Source: Thalia democratica
Taxonomy: Eukaryota
Length of the DNA stretch: 64,000 nt
Direction of reading: 5' to 3'
Assembly: GCA_965202585.1 (NCBI GenBank)
Contig: OZ241831.1
Coordinates: 26,846,001-26,910,000, forward strand
A program made the translations under genes and the position numbers. Every line of letters begins with the position of its first letter. Positions within the stretch are counted from its first letter, which is position 1. A model generated the notes under the pieces. That model was not told the origin of the DNA, searched no databases, and was given only the letters and a program-made list of their open reading frames with translations. Below are positions 1-11,486 of the stretch, one piece after another.

Positions 1-1043
1 AGAATTATTTTGGGTTTTAAAAGAAAAATTTACATAAACTAGCTTACATAACTTCTGGAATACTTATGCAGAAAAGAAAGAAAACCAGTATTGAAAAAAA
101 AGGAACTTAATTCTGTACATCAATATAATACACGGTTCTCACACAAAATTTTGCAACTTTAGACAGACATACCCAATTTAGACAGATATTTCCCAAACCC
201 TTGTTGGTTGATGCCCAATTGTTATCAGATAAAACTAGGTACCATATTAGTTTGGTTGTAATGCTGTGGCCTATTAATAATAGGACTTTATAATACATTA
301 GTGATTCTTTCGACTTTAAATTATTTTACTAGATACGGTCCTAGGAAATATCATAAAAAGTTAGTGGTCTAAACTTAAGTTGTTTTGTAATTGCTACAGA
401 TATATTTAAAATTCTACTAGATTACTAGCTCACAGCATGCTTGGCTACAAAAACCAAATGTTTGTTTAAAAAAAAATCATATCTTAATAATATATTCAAA
501 ATAAAACAAACTGATTCTCAGTTTTATTTCATACCTTCAGAACTTTTTTAATATAGAAGATGAGTAAGAGTTGTTTCTAAATGTAAATTATAAGTACAAA
601 TTTATAGTTGAAGTACTTACAATTTTTGTTTACATTTATAAAAACCACACATCGTATATTTTTTCAAATTGTACTTATTTTTATGAACTTTCTTTTAGTT
701 TAACACAGAGAAACATACCCAACTCAATAAAGCAAGTAATTTGAAAACTGCTGTTATAATAATTTATAGCTCTTCTTTCTTCTTATGAATAATCAAAGTA
801 TTCAATTAATGTTCTTTCTCAAGTTATTTACTCCAATTTGAACAATAGTCACATTTTAAAAGTCAAGCAATTAAGTATGTTATAATTAAACAAATTTATA
901 AGATTAAATTGTAAAACATAAATTCAATCTTTCAAATGCTTTTAGTTTTTACTAACCCAATATTAACATTGTATTTTTACAATGTGCAATCTTTATCGTT
1001 TAACACAATTACAGTAGTTTTATATTTTTTAAATAAATCTTAC

Positions 1044-1188
1044 TTGCACTATTAAACACTTTTTTAACTCCTTGCATTAACTCAGGTCCAACTCCATCAC
1101 CTGGAATCATTGCAATAGTCATTCTACCTCCGTAGTTTTGAGCAGTTAAATGTCTTTTTACTTGGAAGTTAATCTCATTTCTCAAAAC
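1044..1188 (-). CDS. Internal coding exon of a mitochondrial NAD-dependent isocitrate dehydrogenase (IDH3 non-catalytic beta/gamma-type subunit); downstream exons not found in the window
   Basis: Minus strand reads [48 protein letters not shown], which matches the IDH3 N-terminal motif (YGGR.T...IPGDG.GPEL...VK.VF). Bounded by TATTAG| acceptor (1190/1189) and |GTAAGA donor (1043); 145 nt, phase 0 to phase 1. YGGR resembles gamma and GVGPELM..VK.VF..A resembles beta, so the subunit is not assigned. Missed by the ORF track. Confidence 0.9.
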
Positions 1189-1537
1189 CTAATAGTACTA
1201 TTAAATTAAAACAAATGTAAACTTTTTTTTTAAGTTGTAATAATGTTTTTTTTAAAGATATTATCATGGGTTTAAATTTTTTTAGTTGATTTTTTATTTG
1301 TTACTTAATTACATTAAATACAAACAATTACAGTGTTAAATTTCTTTGAAACAAAATAAACTAGATTACACAAATAAAAATTAGCTGGAGTTTACAGATA
1401 CAGCTCAGAATTTCTTAAAGAAGGAAGTGTTGTCCATTTTTAGCTAAAAAAACTGTTAATGCGTAGATTGTTTACAATTTTTAAATAATTGTTTTCAATT
1501 TATTTTGATGGTAAAAAATAATTAGTCAAAATCTAAC

Positions 1538-1546
1538 CTTTGCCAT
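1538..1546 (-). CDS. Candidate first coding exon (M-A-K) of the IDH3 gene
   Basis: ATG GCA AAG|GTTAGA gives a phase-0 donor compatible with the phase-0 exon at 1188, yielding [18 protein letters not shown].., a basic transit-peptide-like N-terminus. A pyrimidine-rich acceptor (CTTTTGCCTAG) lies 12 nt upstream of the ATG. Confidence 0.4.
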
Positions 1547-1786
1547 GATAAACGTTCTCTAGGCAAAAGCAAGTGTGTTAAATCGTGTTTAATTTAACCT
1601 ACCCCATTAATATTTAACTGAGTAGAAAATTAAGTAGACAGTATCTATAGAAAATAGTTTAACATTTTTTAATACTAAAAAGAGATTATTTTGAAATTTT
1701 TAGGTATCTATCAAAAATAAAAGATATAAGTTTAAATGAATTGACAATGTTAAAATAAAATTGATGGTTTAAAATGTTGTCCATAC

Positions 1787-2398
1787 GTTTGTATAATAAA
1801 CATTGGTATTATCTAACATGATGTCGCACCAATATTGAGCTGAAATATATTATATTAGAAGTCTATTTTAACTATAATTTTAGGCTAAAAAATGATGTCT
1901 TATAAAAATATAAATAGAATTCAACTTATTTATCATAAACTAATTAAACTTCAATATCTAATTGCTTTTATTTTACAATATAAAGTAAAGAGTACAACAA
2001 AAATTTTTATATCAATTACACTACTGTAAAATAAAAGCAATTAAATATTCAAGTTTTATTAGTTTCTGATAAATACATTTTATTCTGTTTATGAATTTAT
2101 ATAACTTGTTTAAAACAAACTATTTTTTAGACTAAATATATAAACAATGAACTTTACCGCAAGATCAACAACAACCAGGTTGATCTTGCGGTAAAGTTCA
2201 TTGTTTATTATTGATGGCATAAAACATCTCAACTTGTTGATGATGGCCGATATAAATACTGGCTTAGACTAAATATATTAGGCTTAAAACATTGATTTTT
2301 AGTTAAATTTATGGTTAAAAAAGACATCAAATTTAATATAATTTCAACTTGATATTGGTGTGACATCATCCTAGATAATTACCAAAACATTTTACAAA
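1787..2398. repeat. Degenerate long inverted repeat (old MITE/foldback-like) upstream of IDH3
   Basis: ~1787-1856 (..TGGTATTATCTAACATGATGTCGCACCAATATTGAGCTGAAAT) is an imperfect reverse complement of ~2331-2398 (ATTTCAACTTGATATTGGTGTGACATCATCCTAGATAATTACCA..). Confidence 0.6.
2127..2278. other. Short insertion containing a perfect 30-bp hairpin, flanked by a 15-bp direct repeat
   Basis: Arms 2140-2169 and 2179-2208 are exact reverse complements with a 9-nt loop. TTAGACTAAATATAT occurs at 2127-2141 and 2264-2278. Confidence 0.85.
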
Positions 2399-3030
2399 AA
2401 ATATTATATTTCAGAATTTAACTTAAAACATTATATTTATTGAAAAGTTACAAACACTTTGTCTTTTAAAATCAGTTTTAATTTTTACCCTTATTAACCA
2501 TAGATGTTAAAAGTTCATAACTAAAGCTCTTATTTATGAGGCAATGCTTTTTTTCTTTAAGTATTTGGGCCCTAAGTTGTGGTCTAGTGTTCCAGAAACT
2601 TTTAAAAACCTAAAAAAGGATCCGTTTGAAAATAGTTACAAAAAATTTTTGTTGAGCAAGTATACTAAGTAGGTTTCGAGGGTTATGGTTGAGTAATTTA
2701 GTTGTATGCAGATTTTGCTTAATTACTTTTGGTTGTTTTTTTTTTTATCTGTTTCTCATATATGTATGGTCAGTTTAGTTTTGTTTGAGTTTACTCTGAT
2801 TTAATTAGCTGGTTTTAGTCTCTTGATGGGGAGAGATATTTGTATGGTTGTCAGTGATTGTTTATTTCCTGTTTTCCAGTTTTGTTATATTTTATTTGTT
2901 AGCTGTATATATTAATTACTATTGCATAACTATAAGCTTTTTTTTTTAATAATTTTATTAGACTAAAATTAAATTTACCATTACAAGTTTCAGAAACTAC
3001 TTTTTTTTTAATTTTTTTTAAATATAATTT

Positions 3031-3686
3031 ACTAGCAAGAAGTTTCCGTGATATTTGATATTTGAATATTTAGATATCCTATAAAACCTAATACAAAACA
3101 TTCAACTTTAAATAAAAAAAGTCAATATTTATATATTTCTGACAACATTGAAAGTTTATATTTAAGTAATTAAAGGTCTTATTTTAATTTCCCATTCCTT
3201 ACTTTTTGCTATTTGGCCGTTTTTTATGAGCAGTGACATTTATAATACAGTGATTTTTCATTGTATGTTAAAATGTTTATTAACTGCTTTATGCTTTTAA
3301 TTAAAAAAATCGATACTTAAACTTTTTTGACACGTTGAAACTTTATATTTAAGTTATTAAAAGTCTTATTTTAATTTTACATTCCTTACTTTTTGCAATT
3401 TGGCCGATTTTTATGAGCAGTGATATTTCTAATTCAATAACTTATTTAATATACAATGAAAAATCACTGTATTAGAAATGTCATTGCTCATAAAAAACGA
3501 CCAAATAGCAAAAATTAAGGAATAGACAATTAAAATAAGAACTTTAAAAACTTAAATATAAAGTTTCAATGTTCTCAGAAAAGAATAAGTAGGGACTTTT
3601 TTTATTTAAAGTTGAATGTTTTGGATTAGGTTTTATAGGATATCTAAATATTCAAATATCAAATATCACGAAAACTTCTTGCTAGT
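3031..3686. mobile_element. Non-autonomous foldback/MULE-like DNA transposon, 656 bp, long TIRs, 9-bp TSD
   Basis: Ends ACTAGCAAGAAGTTT..AAACTTCTTGCTAGT. Inverted arms of ~235 bp (3031-~3265 and ~3450-3686). ATATAATTT duplicated at 3022-3030 and 3687-3695. An internal direct copy of part of the left arm lies at ~3320-3435. Confidence 0.85.
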
Positions 3687-3719
3687 ATATAATTTAATTC
3701 TTAATTTTTTTTTGAGTAA

Positions 3720-4520
3720 ATTTCAGTAAAATAGTTAGTTATTAAGCTTTAAGATAGTTAGTTAATGCTAATGTGCTCATTATAATACTAGTTTGATGCA
3801 TTATCTCAACAACTGATTGTGGGTTCACTATAGTGACAGTGATCACATGATATGATTGTTGGTTTGTTTTTTTTTGTTGTAGTGCTGGTGAACACTTACT
3901 TGGGGATTTGAGCATCATAGTTTTCCCACACTTAGAGGTTTTTAGTGTTGAGATTTTAGCCTTGTCAGTGTTCTCCAAATGGCGTGTCACGAAGGTTTTT
4001 TTTTATTTGTTTATAAGATAGGTTTTTGGATAGTTAAAGTTAAATATTAATGGGGCAGGTAAAATTACATGTGATGTAACACACTCACTTTTCCCCAGAA
4101 AATGTTTATGTTGAAAGGGGTAGAGTTTGAGACTGATGTTTTTTAACGTTAAAAAAATGTTTACCCAGTAGTACTAAAGATTTATATAAGTAAAAAATAA
4201 AACTAAACTTGAAAAAAAAACTCACGGATGATGATAATTGTTTTTGAATGAAAGATTTCAACATTGTAGTAAAATACTTTTGGTCCAAGCTAGTGCAAAA
4301 AGAGAATATATTGCAAAATATAAATTGTTGCCAATTGCTTCACTGAGCACAAAATAAGTGGCTTAAAAAAAACACTTGTACTCAATTATTCAATATTAAA
4401 AACAGACTAAACTTCTTAGGGTAATGAGCGTTAACTTAGTTGGAATAGCCATTTTTGGAACTTTTTTAAAAGCTCAAAACTTAAAACTATGTTACTTCCC
4501 TTGTCTTAAAATCTAACTAG
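3720..4520 (-). mobile_element. Highly degenerate dispersed repeat, probably a non-LTR retrotransposon ORF2 C-terminal remnant
   Basis: 3810-4130 aligns by eye with 29755-30080 (shared CTGGTGAACACTT.CTTGGGGATTTGAGCATCATA, GTGACAGTGATCACAT, AAAGTTAAATATTAATGGG). Broken reading frames are on the minus strand. The family assignment is weak. Confidence 0.45.
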
Positions 4521-5300
4521 AAAATGCTTTTTATTCAAAAAACGATCCTTTATCTACTTTTCACAACAAATTTGATCGAATTGGTGTTTGACTATTAATG
4601 CAGTGCCCCTTAAACTTTTTTGACTTTTATTGCATGTTTTTATTCTGAACGTAATTAGTAAAAAAGTTATGATTTAATATTATTTGATCTATTTCTATAT
4701 TTTCTATCATTAAAATATTTTTTTTTATCCCAATTCAAGATTACGAAAATATTTGAAATTTTTTAAATGTTGCGTATCTTTAAAAAAAATAATTAGAAAA
4801 CCACACATACAGTTATAAATACTATATTTTTTATATAATAATTACTTATTCAGTAACAGATGTCAAAAAATTAATATTTTTCGAAATCTTAAATTAGTTT
4901 TTTTGACCTCTACAACTGAAAAAGTAATCAATTTTTTTTTTTTTACTTATATTTTTATGTGTTTCATTGTATTGCACTATTGTTTTCTAATTATTGAATT
5001 TAACACTATCAGACAGATGAAAAAACATATTTTAATTAAATTGTCTAGCTTTACTTTACATTTATTAAATATTAGAATTATTCAAATAGAAAAAGTTCTG
5101 ATAACATTAAAGCTAAAATAAGTAAAATGTTTAAAAGTTTAAGAATATAATTAATTTAAAAATATATATAAATTATTTTTTTGAAAGATTATAATAAAAC
5201 TAAAAAATTATGTGTATTCGCCTAAACTACTGTTTAGAAAATTAAAAATTAACGTAATGTTATTTTTTTACAGTTCTATTTTTATTAAGTTAATGTAATT

Positions 5301-5425
5301 TTGTCCTTGATAAGACGTTAAAAAGTATTCGTTTCGTGGTGTGCGACTTAATAACCTCAGGTTCTTCTTTCACCGGGTCTTATGACCAAATACTTAGAGC
5401 GTTTTTTTTTTCTGTCGTTCAATAA
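5301..5425 (+). repeat. ~120-nt SINE-like repeat, copy 1 of 3
   Basis: GTCCTTGATAAGACGTTAAA..TGGTGTGCGACT..AACC-loop-GGTT..CACC..T-run..GTCGTTCAATAAA; homologous to 36934-37050 and 59660-59772. Confidence 0.7.
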
Positions 5426-5742
5426 ACTATAGTAATATTATTATATATTTTTTTGCAATTAAGAACTTAAAACTCAGTTTAACTAAAACTAGACTTTTAA
5501 TATTAGTTGTATTTAAAATTTAAATATATTAGAACAAATTTCTACATATTGTACATTTTTCAGTTTAAAAATGCTTGATTTATGAGCTTTAAACTTAACT
5601 TTATAAAAAAAATTTAACGTTTTTTTTTGTATAACTTGTTTTTGTACTCATTTAGCAAATGAAATATTTTGTATGGTGTAAAAAATTTTAATTAAAACAC
5701 TGTAAAGAATTTACATTTTATGAACTTTTAAATTTTTTTTAT

Positions 5743-5888
5743 CTAAAAAATTTAAACGTAAGTCACTCTTTTTCAAAAATAATATTGATATCAATATTTT
5801 TTAGCTTTATTATTCTGAGGATACGCTAAACGAAATTAATTGTTAAACTATTTTTGAAAATGAATGACTTACGTTTAAACTTTTTTAG
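5743..5888. repeat. Small inverted-repeat element (MITE-like)
   Basis: CTAAAAAATTTAAACGTAAGTCACTCTTTTTCAAAAATA (5743-5781) is a near-perfect reverse complement of 5849-5888; spacer ~67 nt; no clear TSD. Confidence 0.6.
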
Positions 5889-6344
5889 TTAAAACCAGTA
5901 CCAAAATCAAACTATTCAAATTTTTTTTATAGCTGTTTTGATTACCAAAAGTAAGATACCAATAAACAAATGTTAAATTGTAATAGACAAACTGATTGAA
6001 TAAATTTGTATTTTCTTCTAAAGTGAAGTTAATAGATCTAGTTGTCAAACTGCTAAATAATAAGTAAAATTATATGATCCTAAACTAGCTTTTTTGAATA
6101 AGCACAATTTAATTGAAGCATGAAATATGTTTTAATAAATCTTTGTTCATTCAAAATTAGTAATTAATTGTCAGTATTATGTAAGTTTTAAAGATACATT
6201 AAAGATTAAGACGTTTTGTGACTTGAAAATAAATAAACATACATATATTAAATAAACACTTAAAAATTTTAATATATTTCTATAAATATGTTTTTATTGT
6301 GAATGTTTTTGTTTTAAGGGATTTTGCTTTTAATATGTCTGTAT

Positions 6345-6490
6345 TAGGCAAAATGTAGTAAATTAAGGACCAAAATTTCCTAGGTACGCACAGTCGGTTG
6401 GTTACGTACTTCTGCGCTGTGTTCAAAATGCGTACCTAGGTGGCAATCACTGTACTTATGTCATTTAAAATCAAACATTTTTGCCTAAAT
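6345..6490. repeat. Nested inverted repeat, probable MITE fragment
   Basis: CCTAGGTACGCA (6379-6390) / TGCGTACCTAGG (6429-6440) form a perfect 12-bp stem; outer imperfect pair TAGGCAAAATGT / ACATTTTTGCCTA. Confidence 0.5.
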
Positions 6491-7589
6491 GTAATATTAT
6501 TCTGCGAACTGTTCTAGAGTTTTTTATTAAACAAGAATGTACTTACTTTGTGATGAAATAATTCTTTTATGTTTAGTCACATATTTTACAATGCTAAATT
6601 GTTATTTGTAAGTAATCAATATTTTTTTCTTATTAAGATTTAAAATATTTGATTCTATTATCACTTAAGACTAAAAGTATTCGGTGTTACTACTTCTAAA
6701 TTACTTGCAAAATGCAGACAATTAAAAGTTCAAAAGTATACATTTGAATAAAAAAGTATTTAGTTTGTTCAACTTTGTGGGAGTTAAAACAGTTTTACTA
6801 AAATTCGTTGTCAATATAAATTTATTTAACAAAAAAATAAAATAACTGTGATAAAATTCGGCACTGTGTAAACTGATATTAACTAAATAAGTTGTGAGTC
6901 ATAGAAAAGTTTTTGTACTCCATTTATCTGACAGAAAATGTAAAAAAAAACTTATATACATATTTAATATGCTAAAAATTATATATAGATGCTTAACAAG
7001 TATGAGAAAGTTGTTTGAAATATTTTCATTCATTAATCAAATAGCTTTATCTTATTTTAACATTTACTGATTTAAGGTAAGTTACGATTTTTAAAATATT
7101 TTTTTATATAACATATAACACTTTTTAAGAACTTTCAATAACGTTAAACACTTTTTAATGTATAATACATGCTTAAAGATTTAACACTTAAATGCACCCT
7201 CTATAGCAGATGTTCTTACTGACAAAGTAAGTGTATTTATTATTATTGGAGTTTATTGTGCAAAGATGGACTCGGGCATTAAAACCCGAGCCGCTTAAAC
7301 AATACACACGAAAAAAGAAACAAACAAATTACATTCAATGAAAATCTAAAAACAACACAGTAAATAAAATAAAAAAAATTACAAACAAATAGTCCTGTAC
7401 GATAAATAATAACTTAGTATGCACATAGAACAAAACGAAATGAATTCTCATATAAAAACCTATGCATAGACTAGAAAAGATTACACATTTACAAAAATTA
7501 TATAAAAACTTATAATCTGTAGGGGGAAGGCGTAAGGAAGAAAAATTGATCTTAGTGATACTAATATTTTAAAATGAATTTTTATTCGT

Positions 7590-10420
7590 TAATCACTGTA
7601 TTTTACTTGTGTTTATATTATTTAAATCGATTTTTTTTAGTTTTAATCGAAATTGTTCCACCCTCCCACACGAAACCACATCCTACGGTAACTTATTCCA
7701 CATATTTATTGTTCTGCAGAAAAAAGAATTTTGCCACTGGCTGTTATTAAAATTATATTTACATTTTTTTTAAATTATTTCCTCTCAAATTATAATTGGT
7801 CCTAGAAAAAACAAAAAACTGATTAAAAAATTCTTTATATTTACCATTAACAATTTTAAAAAGTCTTATCAAGTCAAACTGCCATCTTCTATACTCTAGA
7901 AGTCTAGAGACTCCAATCTGAGTTTCACCAATCTATCTTTGTATGAGGTATTTGAAATGTTGCATCCAATACAAACAAAACGGGTAAAATTTCTCTGCAC
8001 AGACTCAATCCTAATAATGTCTTTTTTTAAAAAGGGTGACCATATTAGGGTATTGTATTCGAGTTTAGGGCGAACGTAGATTTTAAATAATTTAGTAAGA
8101 ATACTAGCAGAACTGGTCTTAAAACTTTTATGTATTTGATATGATGAGTTTTGAGCAGTTTTGTATAAATAACTTATATGTTTGTTTCATTTTATATTTT
8201 CAGATATATGTATTCCCAAGTCTTTAAAAGATTTTACTGCTGGTATTTTAGTTTTATCAATTAAAAGGTTAATAGAGAAGGGTTTATTTTTATTGATGGT
8301 TAGAACTTGGCATTTTTTTGGATTTAAATCAAGTTTTCTTGTTTTTAGCCATTCTTGAATATTATCTAATGTTATTTGTAAAGAAGTTTCTGACTTGTTA
8401 AATACTTTTGCGTCATCTGCAAATAGACTTATTTCGCTTTGAATGTGAGTATTAAAAGTGATATCGTTGATGTAAATTAAAAAGAGAAGAGGACCAATGA
8501 CTCCACTTTGTGGTACTCCACTGTGAATTTTTAGAGGATCTGATAATGTGTTGTTAATGAGTGCACTTTGTGTCCTACTATTTAAAAAATCGCTTAACCA
8601 ATTCACTAAGTTGTCATCAAAACCATATTGAGTAATAATTTTTAATAATCTAATGTGTGACACAGAGTCAAAAGCTTTTTTGATGTCAGTATAGACCACT
8701 GTGTCTGATTCATTGTTTAAGTAAGTTATTAGCCAAGTATGTAAACATGTTAATAATTGAATTCTTGATGATCGGTGGGGAACAAAGCCAAATTGTTTTG
8801 GTATTAATAAATTAAAGTCGAAGAGGGGGTTAAATATTTTTTGGGAAAAATGTGTTCAAAAATTCGGGAAAACGTACTGGTTAAGGATATTGGCCTATAA
8901 TTTAATGGGTCGTGTTTGATACCTTTTTTGTATACTGGAATTACATAAGATGTTTTCCATTGTTTAGGTATTTCTGACAATGCTAGGGAGCAATTAAAAA
9001 TTAATAATAAATGAAAAACTAATGATGGAATAGCATGCTTAATAAAATAAGGTGGAGTTTTCTCTGGCGTTCTAATAATTTTATCTTTAAGATGCTTCGT
9101 CGATGTGTTAATGTCTCCAGAACTTATAATAAAACTTTTCATTTTACTACATTTTTTTTTAGGTTGCTTAAAACTTTGATAATTTTGATCTTGTTTAAAT
9201 ACATTTTGAAAATTTTTATTGAAGAGTGTGGCTCTTTCAAAATCTAAATTACTGTTTTGTTTTTATGGTGATCAAATAGGGGAGGCAATGAAGTAGTTAA
9301 TTTAATTTTAGATTTAACGTAGCTATAAAACTTTTTTAAATTTGGGTTAGTGGATAAGGATTTTTCATATTCTAAATTGTATTTTTTAACAGCTAATTCA
9401 TATTCTTTTGATTTAATTTTATAGTCTTTGGAGAATGATTTATTTTTCTTACTTTTTTTGTAAAGAATAAGTTTTTCTTTTAATAATTTTTTAATGTTAG
9501 ATGGATATTTTTTGCATTTGTTATTTTTAGGGTAAGGTGGAATAAAAAGTTTAGTTGAAGTTTGAATTAAGTCGATAAATTGGTCATAAAAGTGTTGGAG
9601 ATTTTTTGATTTATTAAATAATGAAGTCCAATCAATGTTTGACAAGTATTTGTTAATATTTTTAAAATCAGCCTTTTTAAAATTATATGAAACTACTTTA
9701 GAATTATGTATTTTTTGACTTTCAGTTTTAATGTTAAATGAGATCAAGTTGTGGTCACACGTGGTTGTTAATGGGAAGCTAGTTAAAAGAGATGTTACTT
9801 TATCTAAACCCAAATGGTTGCAAATTAATAAATCGAGTATGTTCCCACTTTTATGAGTTGGTTTTTCAATTACTTGAGTTAAAAAATTATCTGTGCAGAA
9901 TCAAGAAAAAATTCATGGGATTCATTAAAGCTTGTATAAGGAATTCTCCAGTTAATGCTTGGCAGATTGAAATCCCCAAGAATAAAATAAGAATAGCTAT
10001 TCGGTAAAAACAACTTAATCAGTTTAATTACATTTTTAACAGTTGGGGTACATTTCGCAGCCAGTGGAGGAAGGTAGATACACAAAAATCTTAGTTTAGT
10101 CTTTTTAAAAATCACATCTATACATAAATATTCAAAACCAAGGGTATTAATCAAGTTTATATCATTTTTAACACTAAAAACTTTAAAGGAATCTTTGTAG
10201 AGAACTGCAACACCTCCAACCCTACTCATCCTATCGTTTCGGACAATGTTATAATTACGAGGACAAATAACGGCATCGTTGACTTTAGGAGTCAACCAAG
10301 TTTCAGTTAAAAAAAATAAGTCAATATCTTTCATATATAAATAATTTTCTAAAATATCAACTTTATTTAAAACAGATCGTATATTAGTATAAAAAATATT
10401 TAAATTACTGTTAATATAAC
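7590..10420 (-). pseudogene. LINE ORF2 (APE endonuclease + reverse transcriptase), split by frameshifts
   Basis: APE motifs YTNIRSVLNK..FFLTETWL, GGVAV, ILGDFNLP, CDHNLI. RT motifs WKTSYVIPVYKKG..PLNYRPISLTS, YTDIKKAFDSV, GVPQSGVIGPLLFLIYINDI, LFADD, KDLGI. C-terminal YVRPKLEY..WSP and FFCRTINMWNKLP. Corresponds to track ORFs 9879-10334, 9244-9813, 8804-9142 and 8187-8699. Confidence 0.92.
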
Positions 10421-10509
10421 TATTTATAGAAGACTGATTAATTTTATCAGAACTAGCAGATAGATTAAATTTTTTATAAAAGTTTAAAACGTCTGACTTA
10501 CAGTCTGTC

Positions 10510-11486
10510 CTATTAATCCCAGAGCTTCTGGGTTTCGAATCGAAAAAGATGATTCGTAGCTTCCACTATCTCATAGTTCTTTATCAAATATTTTATGTTG
10601 AGATTATTTTGTTCTGCTTAAACTTGTTTTCTTTTTAATTCTTCTCTTAGCTTCTTAAATTTTTTCAGTTGTTCAATGGTTCGATCTTGATTTATGTAGA
10701 TTTTAACTACAAATTCATTTGTCACATACTTGGGATTTCTCAGTTTTATCAGTCTTTCTTTAGCTTTTTTGTCATTTAGTTTTACAATTATGGGTCTGAT
10801 TTTTCCATCTTCAAATTTACCTATACGGTATAAGGATTTTAGTTCGTGTTTCTCGATTTCATTTTCACCTAAAACTTCTTGTAGGACTTTGAAATCTTTC
10901 TTGCAGCCATCAAGTTGAGGAACAACTTTATTTTCAGGAATATTAAATACGATTAGATTTAATCTTTTTTTCTCAATCTGTTTTTGTTCGTTATCAGCTT
11001 CTATTTTACCTTTTACAACATCAAGTTTATTGTTTATGTCGGTAAGAACTTCAACTCGCTTGTTTTTGACAATATCAGCATAAGTTGCTTCAAAACTGTT
11101 AATTTTAGTATTGATTTTGGATTAAAAGTCTTTTGGTTTCATCGTTTCCATTGCATCAACATATGTAGAAAACTTTGATTCAAATTTGGAAGAAAACTCT
11201 GTTTTGAATTCCAAAAAACTTCTTTGTAACTCTGTGACTTTTTCTTCTAAAGAAATAACTCTGTTACTAAACATCACATATTTGTCATCATTCTGAATTT
11301 CAACAATACTCTTTTCAATGCTTTTACTTTTTTCATTATACTCAGTTTTTATTCTACAAATATATCAGCCTGGAGTGAGTTGAATTCATTGTCTTTTCTA
11401 CATCCAAACGCAATCAACTTTTCTTTCAACAGTTTTCCTATTTTGGAACATTCAATCAAAGCTTTGATTTCAGCTTCCATAGACAT
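10510..11486 (-). pseudogene. LINE ORF1 (coiled-coil + RRM-type), disrupted
   Basis: Starts MSMEAEIKALI at 11486. Contains KLNLIVFNIPE..YRIGKF....IRPIIVKL....YINQDRT, typical of CR1/L2 ORF1. Has in-frame stops and frameshifts. Confidence 0.75.

Noticed and set aside
107-298. 63-aa ORF as the next IDH3 exon
   Set aside because: No frame encodes the expected VP(V/I)(D/E)FEE continuation; downstream IDH3 exons probably lie left of the window.
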